Source: Lama guanicoe
Lineage: Eukaryota
Assembly (NCBI GenBank): GCA_013239625.1
Contig: MU056050.1
Coordinates: forward strand, 2,466,084-2,530,083
Direction of reading: 5' to 3'
Length of the DNA: 64,000 nt
Of the stretch, positions 10,511 to 25,203 are shown in pieces. The notes under the pieces are model-generated. The model made no database searches and had not been told where the DNA came from. It saw nothing but the letters and a program-made list of their open reading frames with translations. Every line of letters begins with the position of its first letter. The first letter of the stretch is position 1. The position numbers and the translations under genes are program-made.

Positions 10511-13500
10511 TATGTTGGAGGGAAACCAGATATATAATGTTTTATTCCATCCCCTTCCCTTCTTTTTTATAGTTATTTGCTGTCGTACAAAACATTCTCC
10601 CTCTTTTTGCTTCATCCCACTATCAAACACTCCAACGATATGCCTTCTACTACCCTAAATTCTCCCATTCATGTCTCCTTTTGCCAGTCCCCTGCCCTGT
10701 CCCAATTTTTCTACTCCCTCTTCCTTCCTACTAGGTGTTATTGAAGAAACTCTCTAAATCACATTGCCTGGATTCTGTACAAAGTCAGGGTCTCAAGCCA
10801 CCCTAATGAGTCATAATGAATGGCCCTTGAAGTCCAACCCAGGAAAGGTATAACCTTTGGGTCTAAGGTGGCCCTGGCCAGCAGATGGTTTGCCAGGATC
10901 CACGCGTCACTTAAAACTCACTGCTTCAGGCTGTACGATGTGATGGATCCTCAATTTATTCCTTGAGCTTTAGTAGCTTGCTGGTCTCTCCTTGCTCAGG
11001 TCCCAGCTTCTGTCTGTTCACTAGTCCATTGCTTCGAGCTGAACCTTGCCCAACCTTTGTCATTTGCCTTAACTACTGCCATGCCCAGCCAGGACTTTGA
11101 CTTCCACACAGGGAGATTTTTAAAACCCTGATTTATTGAGCCACACACTGTGCTAAGTGCTTCACACCCACTATCTTGTTTAATGCTCACAACAACCATA
11201 TTAGGTATGAATTATCCCTCCTTGCCTTCAGCCAATGACCATGCCTTCCTTCAGCTGATGACCATGCTTTCCATTGTACAGAAAAGAATGAGGACATCAA
11301 AATAAGCTTCCCCAATTTTCTTCTTCTTCACCTCAAAGTCTCTCTGGATCTTCAACTGCTTCATTTCCTTTACTCCAATTATGAAAGCATGTCAAATGGG
11401 CAGACAGAAACAGAGGGGCATCTGTGAGATAGACATGGTCAATCCATGGTCTCAAGGAGCACAGACCTAAATGAAGTCCATGCAGATCAACAAGAGGTGT
11501 CTAAAAGGAAGCACCAAAAGCCTGCCAAGAAAGTTCAGAAAGCTGTCATCCAAGGAGATACTGAAATCAGAAGACAAGGAAGGAGCCCAATAAGGTCTGT
11601 GAGGTTAAGAATATAGCACTTCTTGTGGGGCACCTATTGATTTCTGAGAACACACTTCTTTTTCACCTGGAGTCAGCCAGTGTGTAAGAGGCTTTCACCC
11701 TTCAGCCTGTTCAAGGCACTACTCACTTTCCTATCCCTGCCTTTTCTACCTGTCAAGTTAATCACTCAGATGGTTTCAATTTTACCTCTGTAACCACCAC
11801 TTTCCTACCTGGATAGCTCCAGAGCCCTCCCTGATGAGTTTCAACATATGACTCCAAATATCCCAGTTCCCTACCATGGCCAAGGACCCCAGCCTGCCTT
11901 AGCTTTGAGGAATGTTAATACCTTCCTATCACACTTGTCCACCATCCAAGACGAAGCCCTTCTGATCATCTATCCTCTCGCTTCCTTTCATCTCCACCTG
12001 CTCTGTACTTCCTCACCTACCCAAATTCCCACTGCATCTCTCCCTCCCAGATCACTTCACTTGGCCCTAGGGAATTCTCATTCAAAGATAGACAAACTCT
12101 CTTCCATGGAAACTTTCCCACTTTCTGGCCTTAAATGAAACATGTTTCTCTCCTCAAGATACCTCTTCCCCTGCATCTCCCTCCAAGCTGCTCATCCATT
12201 CATTCTCCACATACTATAGTCAGCATCCTCCTACTACGTCATCACTACTTCCAAACCATAACTCTTTCAATATGGCTTCCTTAAAGTTTATACCATCCAT
12301 TTTCTCTTCTTCACTGCAGTAGTCTAATAACCTCTTGGCCAGCCTCTTTCTCTCTCTCTTTTTTGTTTTCTTTGTTGCCACTTGACTCACAGCCTTCCTC
12401 TCTAACAAATTGGTCACCATCCTGGGCAACCTCAGTGTTCTTATCAACAAGCATCCATCTTGGGCACCTACTGTCCAGGGTGGGAGGAGCATTTGGACAG
12501 CCTCAGTTGACTAAACCTTGTGGTTTCCTGGTGGTTTCTCAATATGAAATCGGTACATTTGTACAGGGACTCAGCCTTGTGGTGTCCAGGACAGAGAGTC
12601 TAGGATGATTACAGCTGAGTAGAGTTTCAATAGATTTGAATTTTTCTCTGCAGCAGACTTGGTCTCCAAGTATCTGAGATGGTGAGATTTCTGGGGAAAG
12701 GTATTTAAGCAAGAGTTGCAGCAGACAGATTCTAGGCTTATCTGCCACAGTATTCAAATCAAGTCAATTACAAAGAGACTGCCCTCTGAATTAAAGTTTC
12801 ATGATTTTAATAAGTAAAAAACACTATTTCGATAAATATTTCTTGAGAATATAGTATGTGCCAGGTATTGTCCCAGGAGCTGAGAAAAGGAAAAATGGAG
12901 AAAAAAGAATCCCTGACCCCATTGCTTAAATCAGTTCATAACTGTTTAACATAAATCATCCATATGTCAAGTTGAAATAATGATACTCACTTCACAGAGT
13001 TGTTGTGAGTTTTAAATAAGATAATTCATATAAAGCAAATAGCTCAACAAATGGCAACTAAGCGGTAAAGGCATGGGGCTATTATGAACTCTTCTGCACC
13101 TCCCAAGTGTGACCACCAGGTGTCAGCCTCCCCTAGCTAAACCCTACCAGGCCAAGGGTGACCAGGTCGTCTACCCTCTCCAATAGGAGAGGAAGAAGCA
13201 AAGGACCTGGACTCAACTATTTGTTCCTCACCTACTCCTGATCAGAGCTACTAAGACGCAGAAATTTCTTAGCACCAATTTCAGGTGAGAACTTGTATGC
13301 CTGCAGAGTAAGCCCAGTGGGAAGGGTTCTGCAGTCTCCCTAGGCACCACAATATGGAAATGACCAAGATCAGGTCAAGAAGCAGCAGATAAAAGGACAT
13401 TAAAGGCCAAGAGAGGCAAAGGAAAACCAGTTCAGGAAAAGGCCAGGAACAGAGTGAAATAGGAGGAAGAAAGAGAGACTAAGAGAGAGGGAAAGATGAA

Positions 13501-14307
13501 ACTTTTCTTAATCAGTCACCTCTCCAGGGCCTCACCCAAAGCTTTACTAAAGCCCTCTCATTTAAGCCACCAGCAACCTGAAACCCCCACCTCCCAGGCT
13601 CCTGCCACACGTCAAATCCCTTTTTAATCCTTGTAATCCCACTGATTCTCTAGCTGGCTTTCTCCCGGATATATTTCAGAGAGGAGCTTTAGAGTCCCTG
13701 GCAAAGAACTCATCATTCTTTTTTAGCCCATGTAATTTCTACTTTGTATCTGAGCTGCCATCTTTTCCAGACTTCCCTGTTCTCCTTATTAGAAACTATA
13801 TTTCCATTTTTTGAAAGACGCGTTTCCCCCTCCGTACAATAGCCTCTTTGACTTTGCCACTTAACCAAGTTGCATATTTTATTTCCCAAGTGCCTAGTAT
13901 TTTTGATAGTTGGCATACATTTTCTCAGGCTTCCAATATGGTATTTTTTAAATAGTCCACAGGCTTCCTGTGCATTATTGACTTTTTGAATGTTAGTCTT
14001 AATTTTTCCTAATGTCTTATAACATGTGGTATACCCAAACAGGAATAGGCCTGTTCAGACCCCATGGTGAAGTAGAGCTGTTGACTTAGTGTACTCTCTG
14101 TGGACAAAACGCGGCCTGCAACTGTTTTTCAGGACCAACCACCAGTTAAGGGCTCTTCCCTTAATCCAGAAAGAGATCTTTGCTTGGGAATTTCTAAAGA
14201 AAACCTAAAAAATTAATTGAGAAAGCAGAACCTACACTATGTAAAAAAGAAAGAACAATGTAATAAAAAGTAAAGCATGCTACAATTACTATCAGTTAAT
14301 ATAAAGA

Positions 14308-14401
14308 GGGGTGAGGGTTTAGCTCAGTGGTAGAGTGCAGGCTTAGCATGCACAACGTCCTGGGTTCAATTCCCAGTACCTCCATTTAAAAAAATTAATA
14401 A
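14308..14401 (+). mobile_element. Camelid tRNA-derived SINE (Vic-1-like)
   Basis: A/B boxes, A tail, TSD TAATATAAAG at 14297-14306 and 14402-14411. Confidence 0.9.
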
Positions 14402-15379
14402 TAATATAAAGGCCAAACTTGTGAGCTATCATTAATTCCTTCTCTCCCTTAGTTAATTGTGGCAAAGGGAAGTGAATCAATTTCTAGGGCACCACAAGGA
14501 TTCTAGGAACTAACAGATTCAGTTACCTGAAAAAATCTGAACTTGGATTTCCTGCAAATCACGATCAATCCAGGTCACTGCCAGCTCACTGAAAAGAGGC
14601 CTGAGCCCTTCCTCTCACCCAGCTGCCACTGTCTCTATCCATTGTCAATAGAGAAATAGCCTTATTAGGGAAATGGCTCTGCTCTGCCTTGGCCACGTCG
14701 CATATAACTACATAGGCAAAGGCTTGGACTATCGGAGTGGTGGAATGCCTCCTGGAACATGAGGGGATGGGAGCCCTGTAAGGAGCGCCTGTGAGGCCAT
14801 CTCCCACTGGCCTCCCTACCCATCCTGGGAGGCTGTCTGAGATAGTTTCTCATCCCCGCCCTGATCCCCGCCCCGGTTCAGATAAGGCATGGAGCTTTCT
14901 ATCCTACTCCTTGAGAACAGAGTGGCAGGACATAAAACCTTGTTGTGGCAGCTCAGCTCCTCAGGACAACTTGTTTAAATGTTGTCCTTTTTAGCGTGTG
15001 GGACAAGGATCACAGGGAGCTGGCACCTTAGGCTTATTCTTCTTTTTGCTGTCTACTTAAGTGATAAAATGTCTGGATCTGGAGGTGACTCACCATATCT
15101 TACAGGTCAAATCAGTCAGGCCTTGGCCTTGCCTTGTCTAGTGCATGACCTTGACAAGCCTTGAGCCATTCCACACAACCAAGTGGTGATTGTGATCAAA
15201 GCACAATGGGTTGAGGCTGCAGCTAATTCCACTGATAAGGTCTGAGTCCTCCTACCCGCTGGAGGCTACTGCTGCTTCTAACACTAAGTGAGAGGCCTAG
15301 AGACTTAATTTGTTCCCCTTCTGTACACCTCAGCTAAGACTGCCTTTGAGACAAAATAACATTTCCAGCATTTTTCCTA

Positions 15380-18300
15380 TTTTTTGAAATTGAGATATAA
15401 TTTACATAAAATTAAATGTAGATTTTAGGTGTACTTCTTGATAAGTTTTTGACAAACATATATATACTCACATAAGCACCACCCCTATCAAGATAAAGAA
15501 TATTTTTATCACCTCGAAAAATTCCCACTTCAACTTTCAACTAGTAGATAAATAAGTCCGAGAGATCTAATCCAAAGAATAGCAGTTATAGTCAACAATA
15601 CTATATTATAAACTTCAAAGTTGCCATGAGGCTAGATCTTAATTGTTCACACTACAAAAAAGAAATAATAATTATGTGGCATGATAGAGGTGTTAGCAAA
15701 TGCTATTGGTAATCATACTGCAATATATAAATGTACGAAATCAACATGTTGAACAACTTAAATGTACAAAATCAACATGTTGAACAACTTAAATGTACAC
15801 AATATTATATGACAACTGTATCTCAATTTTTTTTTTAAAGTTCCCACTTGCCCCTTTCTAGTCAGTTACCACCAGTCTCCTCCAAGGGCAACCCCTGTTC
15901 TAATTTCCATTTATAAATGCTTCATATATTGGAATAATAATAATAAAAGCATCTAATACTAAATAAATAGTTCAAATACATGGACTCATAACGTATGAAC
16001 TCTTGTGTATAGCTCCTTTTACTCAACTTTACGTTTCTGAGATTCTTGTAAATTGTTGCATATATCAGTGTTATTTTTTTAATGCTGAGTAGCATTCCAT
16101 TGGATAGATGTACCACAGTTTGTTTATCCATTCACCTGATGATGGACAGTTGAGTTGTTTACAGTTTTGTGCTATTATTAATAAAACTGCCATTAATATT
16201 TGCATATAATTCAACATTGTTTTGAATCCTGAAGAAATGCTTGTTTGCATCTTCTTTTCCTTCTATTATAGAATATTTCAAACATAAAAACAAGTATAGA
16301 CAGTAATAAAAAGGAATATCTGTGTAACCCTCCATTTTTTTCCCTTTTAGATAGTTTTCATTTTTTAGAGAACTTTTAGGTTCCCAGAAAAATTGAGCAA
16401 AAAGTACAGAGTTTCCATACACAACTTATCCCCACCAATGTACACCCTCCCCTATTATCAACATCTCTCACCAGAGTGGTACATTTGTTACAGTTGATGA
16501 AAAACACTATGTTGTACACCTGAAACTAATATAATATTGTAAATTGACTATACTTCAATATAAATAAATAAATAAAATCTCTAAAATCTAAAAAAAAAAA
16601 ACCCAACCAACCAACCAACCAACAAACAAAAAAACCCAATTTGCCTAGATGCTTCAAAAAAGTCACTATCATAAAAGGCACAAAAAATGCAGTGGAACTT
16701 TACTAGATTAGAGGCTAAATGAAATGACAACTAAGTACAATGTATGACATTTGAGTGGATTCTAGATGGAGTTTAAAACACCACTAAAGGACATTATTAC
16801 AGTAATTGGAGAAATTTTAACATGGATTGTAAATCAGATAATAGTATTATGACAAACATTAAAATGCCTTGAATGTGATCAGTGTATTGTGGTTATGTAG
16901 AAGAATGCCTTTGCTTTAGGAAATACATGCTGAAGTATTTAGGAATTAAGTGCCATTTGCTCTCAAATGATTCAGGAAAAAAAATGTGTATTCACACATA
17001 GATAAAGCAAATGCTGCAACATGCTTACAATTGATAAGGGGTGTATGGGTATCCATTACACTATTCTTGCAGCTTAGTATTTTAAATGTTTCAAAATAAA
17101 AAACTAGGGAGGTAACTATGTTGCAAGGAGCATTTTTGCACATATCTTCTTGGGCACATGAAACTCTAGGTTATATACTTAGAAGTAGAATTTCTGAGTC
17201 ATAAAATATGAGCATCTGTAGCTTTACTAGATTTTGCTAAATTACTCTCCAAAATGGTTGTATCAGTTTATAATCCCACTACATTTCACCACATCTTCAT
17301 GCAACACTGTCAGTTCTCATGCATGCCAATCTGATGGGTGTAAGTGTCTCATGATTGCTTTCCCCCCCAAATTTTCTTATGAAAAGAATTTAAACATATA
17401 GTAAATTTTTTAAAAAAGTATTCAGTGAATTCAGGTGGTGGCTCTATTGAGCATTTTGTCCTATTTGCTTTATCCCATATCTATCCATAATTCAATCTAC
17501 CATATTTTGTAATGTATTAAAAGTAAGTTGAACACATCAGTAGACCACTCCTAAACATTTCAGCATGCAGATCATTAACTAGAGTTCAACATTCGCTTAC
17601 AGATTTTTAAGGTAAAATTTATACACAGTGGAATGCCCAAACCATAATTGTATATTCACTGAGTTCTAACAAATGCATATACACCTGTGTAACCCAAACC
17701 TCCATCCAAATATAGAACATTATTGTCACCCATAGAAAGCTCCCTAACTCCCCTCCAGGTCAATCCCTGGCCCCATTCCCACCAGGTAACACTATTCTAT
17801 TTTTGTTTTTGTTTTCAAGAGAGATTCATTTTGTCTGTTCTAGATACCATATGTACTCTTACTCTTTTGTGGAAGATTTCTTTCACTCAGCGTAATGTTT
17901 GTGAGATTCAACCAGGCTGTTGTATCTATCACTAGTTTGTTCCTTTTTATTGCTGAGTAGAATTCCATTGTATGCCACAGCTTGTTTATCCATTTCTCTG
18001 GTGATAGACACTTTGTGCCTTTTCAGTATTTGGCTATTGTAAATAAGGCTGCTATGAACATTCTTGTCAAGTCTTTTTGTGGACATATCTTCTCATCTCT
18101 CTTGGGTTCTTACTGTCTAATCTGCATGTCTCTGATTACTAATGAAATTGAACATATTTTCATATTGACCATATTGCATTTTATATATGTCTTCATGGGG
18201 GGGGTAATTAGGTTTATTTATTTACTTATATTTAGAGGAGTTACTGGGGATTAAACCCAGGACCTTGTGCATGTGCATGCTAAGCATGAGCTGTACCACT

Positions 18301-18545
18301 TGAGCTATACCCTCCCCCTTCATTTTATATACTATCTACTTCGATGTTTTGTTCATTTTTCTGAGCTGTTTGTCTTTAATTTTTTAAGAAGCTCTTTATT
18401 CAAATGCTAATTATGTATCTCTTACATGTTGCAAATATCTTGTCTCTCCTTTTGTTTATGGTATGTATTCTTATGCAGAAGTTTTAAATTTTACCATAGC
18501 CAAATTTACCAATTTTTCCTTTATATTTTGTACTTTATCTATCTT
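15380..18545. mobile_element. Cluster of nested old L1 (L1M-type) fragments in both orientations
   Basis: Repeated L1 3'-UTR/ORF2-end motifs (e.g. TTTGTTTATCCATTCACC..GATGGACA; TTGTACACCTGAAACTAA..CTATACTTCAA plus A tail); individual boundaries not resolved. Confidence 0.65.
18197..18318 (-). mobile_element. Camelid tRNA-derived SINE (Vic-1-like)
   Basis: Reverse SINE body; TSD CATTTTATATA at 18177-18187 and 18321-18331. Confidence 0.9.
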
Positions 18546-18554
18546 GTCTACCAC

Positions 18555-20772
18555 AGGGATCTTCAGTCTAAGGTACACATTCCCTAGGGGTATGTGAAAA
18601 CTTTTCTAAGGTGTTTAAAACTATGGATGGCATTGAAGGAATCGATTTCTAGATCCTCAACTTTTATAGCTATTCTTTCCTAAAACTGTAATATATCAGA
18701 ATGGCTGTGTAGTGGCCTCATTCTGGGTCTCCTTTTCTACCTTTCTTCTCACAAATGCCTGCCTGTATCCTTTTCCCCAGCCTGAATCTTAGTATTGCAC
18801 ATTGTCCCAAGTATAAAACCTCTGGTGAGCCAAACAATGTGGCAAATCTAAATATTGGTGTTAAAAATGTACATACTGTATTATATGAAATTATACAACA
18901 GGGAAAATGAATTCACAGTGAAAACAATCAGAACAGTGGTTGCTTCTAGGGTGGGAGTGAAGATTGACTACCTTAAACAAAAAAACACAAAAGCAAATAA
19001 CAAGCATGTTGAAGTATTTAGGAGTGAAGTGTACTAATGCCTGAAACTTAACTTTGAAATGCATAAAAACATAAGATGGGTTAATGGATGGATAGAAGGC
19101 TAGGTAGATGGAAAGATAGGTAATAAACATAGCAAAATGTTACTTACAGAATCTAGGTGCTGAGGATATGGACATTTATGTACAAGTCTATCAGCTTCTC
19201 AATTTGTTTTTAATTTTCCATATTAACATGTTAGGGGGAAGGACAAAAACTACTGATGCTGAGGAAACCTCCTCTACTCAAACTGTTGTGTCTTTCTCTG
19301 CTCCTGAGAAGTCCATGAGAACAAAGCAATGGGAGCTTTGGTGAGAAGTACTGAAGGTGGCAATGCTTTATTTCATCTGGGCAACATCTATCTTAGAATT
19401 CAGAAGTGAGATAGTTGTTATAAGGAAGGCATTAACACATTTTTATTTGAGTTGAAAAACAAAGTCAGACTTTTAAAACAAAATAGGTCTCATTTGACTT
19501 TTTTTTTCTTTTGGATGAATAGGAGTGACTCGGCCAATTAGAATATATGGTGGGCATTTTCCATAAATTGGATAAACTTAAATCAGCAGCTCCAAAAAGT
19601 TTTAATGAAAATATATTTAAAGCACAAGATAAAACAGAAGCATCTGGTTTTAAAATACTATATTGGTAAAAGTTCACTCAAATTAATAATATTTTTATTT
19701 TTCCAACCTTTCCTTTCTGAGCATATCAGGTAAAATAAGTTACCCATCAGGGAAAATAAGTGAAAAAGTAAATAGGCATGGTTACTAATCATCTAAAAAG
19801 CTTTTTTGTTACAGTTCCTAGAAACTGATAAAGTGCATGGCTCTAGTGAAAGAGTAACAAATCCTTTTGCAAGTCAAGTGGTTTCCAATCCTTTGCTTTC
19901 AACAAATTTGAAGGAAAATATAATCAGGTAGTCAGAAAATCATAAAAAGACACTTTGATAGATCACTATATGGTTTTGGCAAAAAAAAAAACCAAAACTC
20001 AGAGTTCAAATGATTAAATTATTAAATAAATAAATTCCCATATTCTTTTATGTTTGAACAAGTTTCTCAGTGTATCCCCTATAAAAACAAAAACAGAAAT
20101 AGAATTGAAGCTGAATTCTCATTCTAGCAACAAGTGATATTTATACATCCATACAAGGGAGGGAAAAAAATCCAGTTCAATCAAGGGTGCATTTCCAATA
20201 AAATTTGACTTTTTGTGTTTTCCATTCATTTATCAAAATGTATAAAATATTTATATTTTGAGCAATTTTATACTAATAATAATGGTTACAATAGCTCAGT
20301 GCAGAGAAATAGTAATAGCTAAAAACTTATTTTTATAAGACATTTGTTAAAATTTTATTTTATATTCATATTCTTGCTGCAAAGAAATATGATAGGGTGA
20401 TCAATAAAAGACTTTTAAATATAACATATATAATATTAAGATAAAATTCTATGAGGGAAGTGGAGTGGAAAAATGAAGTAAAGACAAAAATAGATACAAG
20501 TTTTCTGGCTGTTAACGAAGAACTTATTCCTTAAATTTTCAAATGGGTGATGGTGAGTATCAAATCACTACAGTATTTAGAGTTCATTTAAAATAACCAT
20601 GGATTTGATTTTTATGCCAACATTTACAATAGATTGGAAAGTATATCCCCTGTAATTATTTTAACTCATAATGAAAACATTTTTATGTCACATTGAACAT
20701 GTGAAAGAGGATCCATAATTTTTCAAAATTCTTTTATTAGAGATCTGAGAGCAAAAACCATGAAAACCACTA
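18555..20772 (+). mobile_element. Fossil hAT (Charlie/Buster-type) DNA transposon with transposase remnants, interrupted by an L1 piece (~18880-19240)
   Basis: Frameshifted remnants LEYMVGIFHKLDKL..FNENIFKAQDK (~19540-19640) and a decayed C-terminal xEQxFS..KTKNRNRIE motif (~20045-20110); CAGGG...CCACTA ends. Confidence 0.65.
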
Positions 20773-21744
20773 GTCTTTTTCTACCCTATGATGAAACTGT
20801 ATTCTCTTATATTTTCTTTAAAAATGTAAAAGTTTTGCCTTTTACATATATACCTCTAATCAAGCCAGAATTGATTTTTTTTTTACAGAGTATCAAGTAA
20901 AGAAATATATTTTCCCCCAACATGTAGCCCCAATAGACCCTGCATCATTTCTTGATTGGCCCATCCATTCTTTCCTTTTCTCTCCTACTGATTTATAATG
21001 CCACTTTGATCATATGCCAACTTTCCATATGGAAACATGTGGGTCTAATTTGGGAATTTCTTTCTACTTCATTGGCGTCTTTACCTATGTGTGGACCACA
21101 TCACATTGTCTGAGTCCCCACATCTTGTTCTTTTTCCTCAAAATTGTCTTGGTTATTCTTGGCTGTTTGTTCTTCCATATGAATTTTAGAATTAGTTTGT
21201 CAAATTGCATTAAAATTTCTGTTGGGATTTTTATTGGAAATGCACAGGATCTATATTTAGATTCATTTGGGGAAATATCTTTACGATATTGAGTTACTGC
21301 AGTGGCAGAGAAGCTAGTTGTCTATCCCAAATCCATTCTCTTTTCCTTTCTAACAGAACCCTGACTTATTTGGGGTGGAAATGTGCCCAGATAAAAAAAT
21401 ACACTTTTCACTCTCCCTTGCAGCTAGGAATCGTCAATAGGTGTAAGTGCAAGTTCCATAAGGCTTCTGGGAAGGGTCTTTAAAGGGAGGGACCTGTCTT
21501 AGATAGGAAGACATGACTCATCCTCAGCTTCCCCCTTCTTCCTCTCAAAAATATCCCCTTTTCACGGCTCTTGAAATCATGACTTTACACTCCATTCACA
21601 GCCTCTGCTGGGACCTTCCTCACTCCCTGGTTACTGTATTTCCCTCCTAAGCTATCTCACCACCACTCCCCTCCGATCCATTCTCTGCATTACTATACCA
21701 GGGTGGTTCTTCTAAAACCCAGCTCATTTTACTCCCCTACTCCA

Positions 21745-21929
21745 GAAGTGGTTCTCAAACCTGGCTGCACCAAAATCAGCTGGAAAACATGGAGAAGCTT
21801 TATATTTTCCTGAAACATAGCCCACAGTCTCTGACTCTGAATCACAGGAGGAAGGAGTATCCCCAAATCAGTAGTTTCAAGAAGTTCTTCAGGTGATTCT
21901 ATTTCACCATTCAGTTTGGGAACCACTGA
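21745..21929. mobile_element. MER5A-like hAT MITE
   Basis: AGTGGTTCTCAAAC...CAGGTGATTCT...TTTGGGAACCACTG terminal inverted repeats. Confidence 0.75.
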
Positions 21930-21969
21930 TATATGATAGAAGCCAAATTATTTAATGTGTTGTGCAAGG

Positions 21970-22357
21970 TGTTATGGATTCAATTGTGTTCCTCCAAAAT
22001 TCACATGTTGAAATCCTAACCCCCAGTCCCTCGGAATGTCACTGTATTTGGAGCTAGAGCCTTGGAAGAGGTAATTAAGTTCAAATGAGGTGGTTAGGGT
22101 GGGCCCTAACCCAATATGACTTATGTCTTTATAAGAAGAGGAGATTAGGATACAGGCACACAAAGAGGAAGGACCATGTGCAGACACAGGGAGAAGATGG
22201 CCATCTGCCAGCCAAGAGGAGAGACCTCAGAAGAAACTGAACTTGCCAACACCCTATCTCAGACTTCCAGCCTTCAGATCTGTGAGAAAATGCATTTCCA
22301 TTGTGTAAGCCGCCCAGTCTGTGGTATTTGTTATGGCAGCCAGAGCAGACAAACACA
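21970..22357 (+). mobile_element. MaLR LTR (MLT1A-like)
   Basis: TGTTATGGATTCAATTGTGTTCCTCCAAAATTCA...TTGTTATGGCAGC; 5-bp near-TSD caagg/cgagg. Confidence 0.85.
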
Positions 22358-24670
22358 CGAGGATTTTATCCAGGCTCTGACTACCTCTCTAGAGCCCCAG
22401 CTCTGTCAGGCTCCATCCATCCTCCCATCACTACCCACCCAAACCTCCAACACTTAGTAGTTTTGAACTAGAGTTGGGCAACCTAACTTCTCTGTACCCA
22501 GTTTTCTTATCTATAAAATGGGGATAATAGTATTATCTCCCTAGGGTTGTGTGAGGATTAAATGCCATCAACTATGCAATGCATCTAACACGGTTGTGAA
22601 CACATAAAATATTCAATAAATGTTAGCAGCTACACTCCAGCCATAAGGCATTAACGGCCATCCTCTAAATGTATGCTGTCTTACTCCACTTCCATAACAT
22701 AGCACATGCTGACATGTCTGCTTAGAATGCCTTTTTCTCATGGCTTCACCTAGCTGACCCTTGATTGCCTTTCAGGACTGAATTCCTGGTGCAGCCAGCT
22801 CTTCCCCTAGTCTGGAGCCCCACCCTGGGCTCCCACAGCACCCTGTGCTCGCCTCTATCAAGTCAGAAGCCATTGCAGGGTTTTCAGTGGAGGACTGACC
22901 TCATCTGGCTTAAGTATCTACTATATGACAGGCACCATTCTAGGTTCTGAGAATAAAAAGAACACTTAGCTCATGGGGTTGCTGAGAGGATTACAAGAGA
23001 TAAAGTGTGCCAAGTACTTAAGACAGTGCCTGGCATATGGTAAACACCCAGTAAATGCTATTATTATCTATCTATATTCAGGACACTACCTCACAGCCAC
23101 TGACGTCTTTGGCCTCTTGCTTCCAGTCCTCCACTCTAAACACAAATCCCACTACCATCCTGGGTGATGACCCTTCCAACATGCTAACCTCTCTCCTGGA
23201 TCTCAACTCCAGTAGCTTTCACCACTACCCTACTCCAGACACACTGTGACGACATCTTGACCTTGACAATTGTTGGACTGCTGGATTTTTGCAAACTGAA
23301 TACACTGTGTATAAATGTACAAATAGATTCATATATAGAAAGCCCAGGTGGAATCTTCCTTTAGCTTGAGGCAAGACTGTGCTCTTCGGTCTCCACCCCA
23401 AATAAGCAACAAGTCGCTTCTGTAAGACTGGGTCCCTAGAAGATAAAGGCAGAGAAGGGAAGGGGAGGGCTGGCTGGAGATGCTAGTTTTGCCTGCATAA
23501 GACAAGAGGAAATTACAGCTGTAGCCTTTCTGGAAGTAAGGAGGGAATAAGAGGTTAGTGATCAAGATATCTGTGAAAAGTCAGGAGATTGAGGGGCAGA
23601 TGCTGCCAATAGACACTGTTCAACATTTATGATCGTCACAAAAGCTGTTCTCTGACACTGAGTTAAGAGTAATCCTGTGCAGGTGTGCACCCCTTCCTGC
23701 CAGAAGAAGTTACATCAAACTCACGGCTCCAAGGGCAAGGCCTGGAAGTCAGGGTTCACCCCACCTCCTTTCACTCAAATACTTCTGTATCTATTTTATT
23801 TATTTGGACTTTCACTTATAACTGCTTTTGCAAAAAGTGTTGCAGTGCTAAACCTTTGCTGTTTCCCTCAGCAGGTAACTATGTATTTTACTCTCCCTAG
23901 AAGCCAGCTTTCATTGAGGTGCGGTGACTACCCTCACATTCCTCTCTACTTATCCACATCTCATGCCCTCGAGCCTCTGACTATGTGTCCTTTTTCCTGT
24001 TCAAGGTTAATGCCACTACTCATGCTTGATCCCATCTCTTTCTCATTTCCTGAGTCTTTATGCCATCAATTTTCCTTTCTCCTATAAGGCTGAACCATAT
24101 TAAATTGCTATTGGGGACATCTAGCAATGGTGGAACATTGACAATTTCACATAGTTTAAACTAATATATCTTTGTTCTTTCCCTCTTTAAATTTTCCTTT
24201 TCCTCAACCAAAACAATTACAAGAAATTATTGTACAGGTTAGAGTAACCTCTTCATAGATGGTGTTTAACTTCTCACCTCCATGTGTCCCTGAATATAAA
24301 ATCTAGACACCATACCCCAGATATATCTGCCTTTGCTGTTCACATCTCCCAACTGACAATTCACCCACAAGTATTTACCAAAGGTCTGGCATGTTTATGA
24401 AAGTTTTGATCACTCATTCAACAAACATCTTCTGAGTACCTACATTGTGCCAGATACTGTCATAAGCACTTGGAATGGATCACTGAACAAAACAAAAACC
24501 CCTGCTCTCTTGGATCCTATATTCTAGCAGGGGTGGGAGGAGGGAGATATGCAATAAACATAATAAATAACTATATACACATACGTGTGTTAGAAAGTGA
24601 TAGGTGCCACGGAAAAAAGTAAAAGTAGAGCAGGGAAGAGAGATAGGGAGTGCTAGAAGTTGTGATTTAA

Positions 24671-25139
24671 TTTCATTTAAAGAATTAATTTATTTATTGA
24701 AGTATAGTTGATTTACAATATTGTGCTTGTTTCAGGTGTACAGCATAGTGATTTGTGGTTTTTTCAGATTATATTCCATTATGGGTTATTACAAGATGTT
24801 GGGTATAATTCCCTGTGCTATACAATAAAACCTTGCTGTTTATCTATTTCATGTATAGTAGTTTGTATCTTTTTCATCCCATACTCCTAATTTGTCCCTC
24901 CCTTCCTCCCTCTCCCCTTTGGTAACCATAAGTTTGTGAGTCTGTTTCTGTTTTGTATTTAGATTCAATTGTATTATTTTTTAGATTCCACAAATAAATG
25001 ATATCATATAATATTTGTCTTTATTTCACTAAGTATAATATTCTCTAAGTCCATCCACATTGCTGCAAATGGCAATATTTCATTCTTTTTTATGCTTGAG
25101 TAATATTCCATTGTGTGTGTGTGTATGTGTGTGTGTGTA

Positions 25140-25203
<64 letters not shown>

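Noticed and set aside
14308..14385. tRNA gene-like sequences (also at 4.6, 18.2, 42.8, 49.8 and 56.2 kb)
   Set aside because: A tails, TSDs and degenerate stems show they are tRNA-derived SINEs, not tRNA genes
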